Shown in pieces: positions 1 through 6,191 of a stretch of DNA of 64,000 nucleotides (the stretch's first letter is position 1; each line of letters begins with the position of its first letter). The position numbers and the translations under genes are program-made. The notes beneath the pieces are model-generated. The model saw nothing but the letters and a program-made list of their open reading frames with translations, ran no database searches and was not told the DNA's origin. The stretch comes from an uncultured Gemmatimonadota bacterium (GTDB lineage: Bacteria; Blakebacterota; Blakebacteria; Blakebacterales; Blakebacteraceae), in assembly GCA_964576115.1 (NCBI GenBank), contig CAZNUA010000011.1, positions 1 to 64,000 on the forward strand, written 5' to 3'.

Positions 1-59
1 AACACACCCCCCGGGTCCGAGAATTGCGCCCCCGCTCGGAGGGTGCCCCAAACGGGACA

Positions 60-87
60 AGTTTACATAATGTTTGTTATCCGACAT
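60..87 (-). other. XerC/D dif-like recombination site (11-6-11)
   Basis: Minus strand reads ATGTCGGATAA-CAAACA-TTATGTAAACT. The right arm matches the XerD/RipX arm I recall for B. subtilis dif, and the left arm ends in ATAA like XerC arms. Confidence 0.8.
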
Positions 88-233
88 TGCGGCTTTTCGC
101 GAATACCCAATAACTACGAGGGTTTGTGCCCGATTTCGCCTTTCTGGCGAATCGCAGATTTCTGGCATACCACAAGATATTGGGGGGACCGGTTGTGCCG
201 ACTTGGCACATTTCGCCCTTTCTTCTCCCAGCC

Positions 234-716
234 TCATAGGTGGTCCTCCAGGCCCCCGAGAGCCAGGCCGAGCGCCCGGGCGATCTGATCGCTACCCAGG
301 GCGGGCTTACCCTGGTCACTGATTACTAGGTCCGTTTCTCTGCGGCACTGTTCGAGTATCGCCAGCCTTGTTCGGATCACTTCAAGGGTATCTTCGGGGC
401 TCTTGTCGGGGCGCACGTATTCCGCTTCGGTCGCGTCGTACATGATGCGGAGTTGTTCGAGGCGCCAGCGCTTCGAGGCGGTCCGGGTGTCGAGCAGGTC
501 ACTGTTGAATGCCGCCCGGTGGTGCATAAACGTATCTCGCCACCTGTCGCTGTGCGCGTAGTAGCTCACGCCGGATTCTGTGATACCGATACCGTGTTCA
601 TCCCGCAGAAACCGGACTACTTCGGTCGGAGTTTCGTAAGCGGCCAGGCGCCGACAGATTTCCTCCCGGAGCTTCGGTGTCAGCCTGCGGTTTCGGTCTG
701 TATTGGTTTCGCTCAT
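234..716 (-). CDS. DUF2280-family phage protein (small-terminase-like), paralog A
   Basis: ICRRLAAYETPTEVVRFLRDEHGIGITESGVSYY...W..TF...R..F..D......SKRWRLEQL...AILEQCRRE follows the DUF2280 pattern; ATGA overlap with the upstream paralog. Confidence 0.75.
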   Translation of the reverse strand: MSETNTDRNRRLTPKLREEICRRLAAYETPTEVVRFLRDEHGIGITESGVSYYAHSDRWRDTFMHHRAAFNSDLLDTRTASKRWRLEQLRIMYDATEAEYVRPDKSPEDTLEVIRTRLAILEQCRRETDLVISDQGKPALGSDQIARALGLALGGLEDHL

Positions 717-1243
717 GGTCTGTAGTCCTCCGGGTTGTCAGACATCCCCAGCGCCCGCGCTATGTCTGCCGGAACGATGACCACCCGGTCGTCTCCCGCG
801 TTGAGTTCGCCGCTGATCTGTATCCGGTCCCCGACCTCCCGGCGCATATGGTCAAGTATCTCCCTGTACTCCGAGAAGCCCTCCTGAGAGTCGAACACGC
901 TCCCGCCAGTATGGGAGTAGCTTCGTTCAAGGTGGTCGAGGCGGCGTTGGAGGCGTTCAAGGCGCCAGCGCAGGGAGTGACCAGCGACCTCCTGGAGATC
1001 AGACAGATAAGCCGAGCGGAACCGCTGAAACTGATCGGCCCACTTCGGATGATCGCGGTAGTGATAGACCGCTTTTTCCGTCAGTGAGATTCCGTGCTCC
1101 CGCTTCAGCCACTCAATGATCTCCGATGCGGTCTGATAACATGCGAGGCGTTGACAGATAAGGGGTTTCAGTGGTTCGGAAACCTTGTTGGACCGGTCAA
1201 CAGTTGAAACTATATCCGACTCTTTTGGCTTGGAATTGCTCAT
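713..1243 (-). CDS. DUF2280-family phage protein (small-terminase-like), paralog B
   Basis: ICQRLACYQTASEIIEWLKREHGISLTEKAVYHY...KW..QF.RFR..YL.D...SLRWRLERLQR...EILDHMRREVG; aligns by eye with paralog A. Confidence 0.75.
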   Translation of the reverse strand: MSNSKPKESDIVSTVDRSNKVSEPLKPLICQRLACYQTASEIIEWLKREHGISLTEKAVYHYRDHPKWADQFQRFRSAYLSDLQEVAGHSLRWRLERLQRRLDHLERSYSHTGGSVFDSQEGFSEYREILDHMRREVGDRIQISGELNAGDDRVVIVPADIARALGMSDNPEDYRP

Positions 1244-1247
1244 CAGT

Positions 1248-1631
1248 TCACACCCCCAAAGCAGACACCGGCAGCGGCCCCGGAGTCCAGCTTGCCAGGT
1301 TTCTCTCAGCCTCTTGTCTGCGGCGCCTCATGAACCTCCGATAGAATCGCGTTAGGTTCTGTGCGGGCGTCCCGCTCTCTTCGTAGAGTTCCGGGAAGGC
1401 CGTACAGCACAACTCGACTGCATGAGACAGGCAGTATCCCCGGGCAAGGAATAGTCGTTCCTGTGCATCCCTCTCTCGCGCTCTCAGCGCTTCGATCCCC
1501 GCCCGGTTAGGTTCCCACAGCAGGACGGTGAGCCGGTGGCGGGTGAGATCATCCCAGGCACTACCGGCCAGGACTTCGCTGGTCATGGCCGCTCCCAGGG
1601 CTCGGCGCAGGTTTCGTAGTTCGGTGGTCAT
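1248..1631 (-). CDS. Hypothetical protein (127 aa) between the replication gene and the DUF2280 genes; possible DNA-binding activator
   Basis: ATG at 1631 (MTTELRNLRR) overlaps the helicase stop (ATGA) and has a GAGGAGG RBS; basic helical C-terminus. Confidence 0.65.
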   Translation of the reverse strand: MTTELRNLRRALGAAMTSEVLAGSAWDDLTRHRLTVLLWEPNRAGIEALRARERDAQERLFLARGYCLSHAVELCCTAFPELYEESGTPAQNLTRFYRRFMRRRRQEAERNLASWTPGPLPVSALGV

Positions 1632-3163
1632 GTCGGTACCTCCTCTGGTGCCCCGGTGCTGGCTCCGGGAGACTGTGCCCCGTGGCACCCTATAGGGGTG
1701 CCCACGGTGGGCACGTTCTCCTCTCCGGCGTGCCCGGCACCGTGCCCGGTGGCGTGCCCATGCGGGGGCACGTGGGCACACTCCCTGTCTGAACCGTGCC
1801 CCAAACCGTGCCCGCCCGGGGCACACTCCAACTGCGGGTGGTCCTTTCGGGAGTAGTGAGCGACCTTCGCCCCCCGCTTTTCGGTATAGATCAACCTTTC
1901 TCGGATGAGGCGTTTCAGGGCGTCGTCAATCTGCTGGTTCCGACCCTCTACCCCGTTCCGGATTTCGCGGGTGCTGCATTCCGGATTCTGCTCGATGAAA
2001 GAAAGTACCTGGGCATCGACAGACACGATCCCGGCGCCCAGCGAGTAGGCCAGTGAGGTCTCCGGGTCGCCTTCGAGGCGCAGGGTGAAGGCGTCAACGT
2101 GCCAACGGCCCCGGGGGGTGACTTTCCGTGCGGTTGTATCGCTCTTGGACTCTTCGAGGGTGAGGATCATATCTACGCTCGCCCCGATTGCTGAGGAGTC
2201 ACGGTATCCGGTTCCGCTCTTCGCGGCATGGTGCAGAATGACCAGGGCGGTTTCTGAGTCGCGGGCGATCCGCGTCAGGCCCATCATTACCGGGGTCCAC
2301 TGCGTTGCATTGGCCGGTTCGAGGTCGAGTGATTCGACCAGGGCGGGCAGGGTGTCAACGATGGTCAGCGCCGGTTGCACCCGGGCAACTGCGGTTCTCA
2401 GGTCGGAGAGGGGGCTTCCGACGCGGTCGAGGATAAAGACGTTGTCCGGGTTCGCTCCGAAGGCCTGGAGGCGCCGCACCACGTCACCGGGATGATCCTC
2501 CAGGGCAACGTACAGAACGCGGGCCGACTCGGTCTGACCCCCCAGGAAGCCGGAGCCGTTTGACACCGCCGCAACCGCACCGCTTGCGAGGGTTGACTTG
2601 CCCGCCTTCTCCCGGGCGGCCAGCAGAACGGTTCTAGCCTTCCATGCCAGCCTGGGCACAATCACCGGCGGCGGTTGCAGGGCGCCGGGGTCGGCCAGGT
2701 ATTCGGCCAGGGTTCTGACGGTTACCGTGTCGCCCCCTGCGCTTTTCTCGGCCAGGTCGTAGAGGTGAAGGATCGCCCGGTCTATCTCTTCCCGGCCCTC
2801 AGCTTTCAGCAGGGCGCTTGCCGCTCCGCGTAGCTCCTCGACCTGATGTGCCTCCATCAGTTCGGCGGCCTGGCGGGCGGCGTCTGCGGAGGTGCTGGCG
2901 AGATCAACGCAGTCTGTGAACAGGCCGGTATCTAGATGCGGCATCCTGGCGAGTATCTCACCGGCCTCTATCTTCCCCCTTCGGTCCCCCCCATTGTCGT
3001 TAGCAATGTCCCAGGCGGTATGCCACAACTCACGTTCGCGGGCAGGTATTGCGTCGGGTGTGAACATCGGGGGAAGGGCATCCCGGGTCGGCCCCGGCAA
3101 CTGGAGCAGGTTCCCGACAAGGGCTTGTGCGGTCTGCACTCGCGCCTCCGACGGGCGAGTCAT
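1628..3163 (-). CDS. Replication protein: DnaB-N-like domain + RepA/AAA_25 (SF4-type) helicase + C-terminal winged helix
   Basis: Walker A AREKAGKST, YVALED, Walker B LTIVDTL, LHHAAK, RDSSAIGASVD; wHTH-like QVLSFIEQNPECSTREIR...IDDALKRLIRERLI. Confidence 0.85.
   Translation of the reverse strand: MTRPSEARVQTAQALVGNLLQLPGPTRDALPPMFTPDAIPARERELWHTAWDIANDNGGDRRGKIEAGEILARMPHLDTGLFTDCVDLASTSADAARQAAELMEAHQVEELRGAASALLKAEGREEIDRAILHLYDLAEKSAGGDTVTVRTLAEYLADPGALQPPPVIVPRLAWKARTVLLAAREKAGKSTLASGAVAAVSNGSGFLGGQTESARVLYVALEDHPGDVVRRLQAFGANPDNVFILDRVGSPLSDLRTAVARVQPALTIVDTLPALVESLDLEPANATQWTPVMMGLTRIARDSETALVILHHAAKSGTGYRDSSAIGASVDMILTLEESKSDTTARKVTPRGRWHVDAFTLRLEGDPETSLAYSLGAGIVSVDAQVLSFIEQNPECSTREIRNGVEGRNQQIDDALKRLIRERLIYTEKRGAKVAHYSRKDHPQLECAPGGHGLGHGSDRECAHVPPHGHATGHGAGHAGEENVPTVGTPIGCHGAQSPGASTGAPEEVPT
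1648..1824. repeat. Cluster of 12 GTGCCC/GGGCAC iteron-like hexamers; candidate replication origin
   Basis: GTGCCC at 1648, 1675, 1698, 1730, 1742, 1754, 1796, 1808; GGGCAC at 1709, 1766, 1774, 1819. Confidence 0.8.
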
Positions 3164-3399
3164 GGCCGGGCCGCCCTTCGGTCAACCCACGCCTGGAGAT
3201 CGGCCAGCCGAATTAGTCGGGCTGAGCCCGGGCCGGACGTGCTGAAGCTGGGAATCGCCCCGGAGTCACAGAGGCGCCGCAGGGTAGTGACAGACAGGCC
3301 GAGCAGTGCGGCGGCCTCTTTGGGGCGGTAGCAGAGGGGTGGGCTTGGGGATGACTCAGGGTGCCCGCCGCGCTCGGGGGGCGCTGGGGTAGCAATCAT
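3160..3399 (-). CDS. Excisionase-like HTH_17 DNA-binding protein
   Basis: YRPKEAAALLGLSVTTLRRLCDSGAIPS...RLIRLADLQAWV; ATG at 3399 with AGGTGG RBS; stop overlaps the helicase start. Confidence 0.85.
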   Translation of the reverse strand: MIATPAPPERGGHPESSPSPPLCYRPKEAAALLGLSVTTLRRLCDSGAIPSFSTSGPGSARLIRLADLQAWVDRRAARP

Positions 3400-3412
3400 A
3401 GAAGTACCACCT

Positions 3413-3439
3413 GGTAGTCCAGCTAGTCTCGCTAGTCTA
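3413..3439. repeat. Three tandem 9-bp imperfect repeats upstream of the xis-like gene
   Basis: GGTAGTCCA GCTAGTCTC GCTAGTCTA. Confidence 0.55.
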
Positions 3440-3764
3440 ACCCAGGATCGCACTCCTCAACTGCCGATCCCGTACCCAGCTTTCAGCCTTCAATATACGG
3501 GGCGGTATTACCTGTCCCCGGCCCCGTACCAGGCCCAAAGCCGTATTGGTCGAGCTTGGAGGCCCAGCGGGCTCAATTTAATGGCGCCGGGTTTGGGGCC
3601 GATACCGACGGGACGGGAGCCCGGCGCCGTTGACTTAGTGTTTAAGATGGTCGGTTCGGCCCGTTTTCTAGTCTCGATTCTACGGGATACTTTAGGATCA
3701 TGTCAAATAGATTTTCGGCTTATTTTCACCTTTCAATACGGTCAGTGCCTGCCACTCCGTCCAA

Positions 3765-4904
3765 TCACTTACTACAATCCAAGCCCGATTCATCAATCAA
3801 TCGAATCCATTCGTCACTTACGCTGCCCGCCTCAATCATGGTTACTAATCCTTGCCGTAGTCTTCTCATAACCGGCCGAATATCTCGCGACATCTTCTCA
3901 ATTGGTGCTATGGAGTCGATCATGCCTTGAACAGATTCATTTCCCGAGTGCGTACTATCAGATAGATCGCGTACTGCATTGAAGAACTCGCAAAAATCTG
4001 ATCTTGCTTCAGGATTGGATTCAACCTCTACAGCAGCTTGCTTGATGATGATTCGAACCCCCTCATCGATATCATGAGTCAATGATGCATAATCATTTGA
4101 TGACGACCAGATCTGTTCAACTGGTTCCACCAAATCCCCGGCAACACGACGTGCGATAATAAGCCTGCCCGCAAAGCCCCCGCCTAATGAATCGCCACGA
4201 TGAATATCATCTGTAGCAGCCCTCATTATTTGACCTATGGCATTAACACTTTTACTAATGTTGATTATCGTATCGGTTAGCTCTGGTATGGCTTTCTCAG
4301 ATGCAACCAATTGATCTAGTGTTCCTGGGACCTCATCTTCCTCAACAATCTCTCCTGTATCCTCCCTTCCCCCCCCCGCAACTTCCACAAGTTCAGTCTC
4401 CTCTTCCTGTCTATTGGCATCTATCAATCGCTTAGCCAGGCGAGCAACGCTCCTTCGGTATTCTTCTGATGATACATCCTGAAACCGGAGTTCGCGCCAG
4501 TCCTCCCATTGTAAAGAACTTACGCTGACCGCAAGATCGTCAACGGGTTCATCCTCCAGCAGTGCGGGGGTATCAACATAGTGTATCGGCAAAATAAGCC
4601 CCTCGACACTAAACCTAGATGCCCTATGCGCGAAAAACTGTAGTTCACCTCTGCATTGCGGACTTAGGAAGTATCTCGGGGTTATGATGGGGATAAAGAA
4701 TGCGATCAATCCAAGATTTTCGAAGATTGCGTTCCGCCAATCATCTCCCCATTGAATGTCATTAATGTCTAAAAAAAGTTCAATTGTATCTCCTGTTAAC
4801 AACTGGTATTGAGCACGTATATCCTCAGCAAGAAGCGTAATTCTCCCCCCCTCTGCTTTGTCGTCTTCGCGAACATATGAGAAGAATCCGTTTAATTGTG
4901 CCAT
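3765..4904 (-). CDS. TIR-domain protein with helical/coiled-coil C-terminus; candidate anti-phage effector
   Basis: GFFSYVREDD, LFLDINDIQWGDDW, FIPIITPRYFLSPQCRGEL (catalytic Glu position); acidic linker; markedly AT-richer than the flanks. Confidence 0.85.
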   Translation of the reverse strand: MAQLNGFFSYVREDDKAEGGRITLLAEDIRAQYQLLTGDTIELFLDINDIQWGDDWRNAIFENLGLIAFFIPIITPRYFLSPQCRGELQFFAHRASRFSVEGLILPIHYVDTPALLEDEPVDDLAVSVSSLQWEDWRELRFQDVSSEEYRRSVARLAKRLIDANRQEEETELVEVAGGGREDTGEIVEEDEVPGTLDQLVASEKAIPELTDTIINISKSVNAIGQIMRAATDDIHRGDSLGGGFAGRLIIARRVAGDLVEPVEQIWSSSNDYASLTHDIDEGVRIIIKQAAVEVESNPEARSDFCEFFNAVRDLSDSTHSGNESVQGMIDSIAPIEKMSRDIRPVMRRLRQGLVTMIEAGSVSDEWIRLIDESGLDCSK

Positions 4905-5311
4905 GTTATCCTCCGGGTTGTCGCGGGGTTGTTGCTATTATTGCGCACAAAGCGGATCACCGTTCCCGAGTAGGTTGTGTCGATGTCAAGCATCAGCACC
5001 CCGCCGACCGGGACAATCGCATCCGTCCGGTTTTGCTGACCGAAGTTGATGATCGCTTCACCGCCGAGTTCACGCGCCTTCGCCCGCATGGCCTCGATGG
5101 CCTTGTCTCTGGATTGTAGCTTGCTCTTGAGCGTGAAACTCACAACGGCGATCTCGACGAACGGTTCATCAGGAAGCGTTCCTTGATAGATCCGTATGGG
5201 ATAGTTCGCGTGGTGGGGTGGGTACGGCTGATCGGCAAGGTAGACATGTCTGACCGGGGCGGCGCAACCAACCAAAAATCCCGTTATCAATAACAGGGTA
5301 ATCCTCATCAT
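4892..5311 (-). CDS. Small lipoprotein, YbjQ/RcsF-like fold
   Basis: Signal peptide with lipobox LVGC; AIEAMRAKARELGGEAII...YSGTVIRF; overlaps the TIR gene start by 13 nt. Confidence 0.7.
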   Translation of the reverse strand: MMRITLLLITGFLVGCAAPVRHVYLADQPYPPHHANYPIRIYQGTLPDEPFVEIAVVSFTLKSKLQSRDKAIEAMRAKARELGGEAIINFGQQNRTDAIVPVGGVLMLDIDTTYSGTVIRFVRNNSNNPATTRRITWHN

Positions 5312-5537
5312 GGCTCAATCCTCAGGATCAGGACTTCATTTCCACCGGTCCCCGATAGACCAATAATGACCGGCAGTGCGCGAGGAGTCGCCTAGAGGAT
5401 ACCACCCGCCACAGAACGACTCAAGAGTCTGAACAGAAGCCCCGGGGGGTGCGCTCGACTCGACTCCCCCTTACTCATCCCTGGGCGTATCGCGTTACTC
5501 TCTGGAATGGGTGGGGACTGAGCGATAAGATTGAGCG

Positions 5538-5912
5538 ATGGGATTGCGAAAATGGGTAGAGAGAAAAGCGAAGGTCAAACAGGGCAAGAACGTAGCATCC
5601 GCAATCGCACAGGCGTTGTCCTCTGTCCACATAGCGATCGGCATGATTGAGGAACGGGACGGCTCCTTGTTGGTCGCCCTCGACAGCCCCGTGGTCAAGC
5701 AAACGGTTGAGAGGCACGCGGAGCGGATAGCGTCCTTTTCCGGCGGCCCGATGCACTCTGATGAGTTGTGGCGCGAGGTCTACGATCCAGTGATATCCGA
5801 AATTGAACAGTCAATAGATGTACTGATTGCACCCGTCTTTACCAACATGCTGACCAGTGCGTTTCTATTGGCCATTGACACCGGCACCGTCAAGCGCAGC
5901 CCGAGCAATTGA
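5538..5912 (+). CDS. Hypothetical protein (124 aa)
   Basis: Protein-like composition, fills the gap before the att region, divergent from the lipoprotein; no motif recognised. Confidence 0.5.
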   Translation: MGLRKWVERKAKVKQGKNVASAIAQALSSVHIAIGMIEERDGSLLVALDSPVVKQTVERHAERIASFSGGPMHSDELWREVYDPVISEIEQSIDVLIAPVFTNMLTSAFLLAIDTGTVKRSPSN

Positions 5913-5924
5913 GCCGCAATTCCG

Positions 5925-5981
5925 TTACACGTCTATTACACGTGAAACCCGTATCCGCCTGGTTCCACCTGTTGTCACCTG
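5925..5981. repeat. att-arm-like direct repeats
   Basis: TTACACGT at 5925 and 5936 (11-bp period); CCGCCTG, CCACCTG, TCACCTG at 5955, 5965, 5975 (10-bp period). Confidence 0.65.
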
Positions 5982-5984
5982 CGC

Positions 5985-6048
5985 CGCAGATGTAAGGGGG
6001 GCAACGCAAACCCGCTATTTCTGCGGGCTCACGCGCCCCCCTGATGCG
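5985..6048 (-). other. Long strand-specific hairpin directly after the tRNA half
   Basis: Minus strand AGGGGGGC-GCGTGAGCCCGC-AGAAATA-GCGGGTTTGCGT-T-GCCCCCCT: 20 bp with 4 G.U pairs and one bulge, plus an outer CGCA/TGCG helix. Confidence 0.7.
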
Positions 6049-6049
6049 T

Positions 6050-6087
6050 TTAACAGTCCACTGCTCTACCAGCTGAGCTACGCCGGA
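6050..6087 (-). tRNA. tRNA-Asn(GTT), 5' half only (nt 1-38)
   Basis: TCCGGCG TA GCTC AGCTGGTA GAGC A GTGGA CTGTTAA, then ACGCA instead of the required TCCAC; no T-arm or 3' acceptor strand follows. Confidence 0.9.
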
Positions 6088-6122
6088 ATTCGGGGCCGGG
6101 CTCGTGTGCCCGGCAGAGCGCT

Positions 6123-6151
6123 AAGGTGCAGTCCGCAGCCGCTCAGGTCAA
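6123..6151 (-). promoter_or_regulatory. Possible sigma70 promoter of the tRNA gene
   Basis: TTGACC-N17-CACCTT, 35 nt upstream of tRNA position 1; weak -10. Confidence 0.4.
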
Positions 6152-6191
6152 GTGCTGACGGGGTCGCCGCAGGGACGCGTCCCGGCCGGAT

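Larger units (their letters stand above)
1..6049. mobile_element. Integrated phage-satellite (PICI-like) element or compact prophage remnant; right part only, left end outside the window
   Basis: Co-oriented, translationally coupled xis-HTH, AAA helicase, ORF and two DUF2280 genes; AT-rich TIR cargo; right boundary at a tRNA-Asn gene broken at the anticodon loop; only housekeeping genes beyond. Confidence 0.85.

Noticed and set aside
43-322. Short ORFs at the left edge
   Set aside because: No recognisable motifs; they overlap DUF2280 paralog A and the dif/repeat tract.
1648-1824. Possible CRISPR or mini-array
   Set aside because: Units are 6-11 bp, in both orientations and irregularly spaced; no repeat-spacer structure and no cas genes anywhere in the window.
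3765-4904. Complete Thoeris or CBASS system
   Set aside because: No SIR2/Macro ThsA, cyclase or other partner gene next to the TIR.
5850-6053. Group I intron in the tRNA-Asn anticodon loop
   Set aside because: I found no 3' exon and no convincing P1/P7 core; the adjoining DNA has att-like repeats and protein genes. An Rfam scan would settle it.
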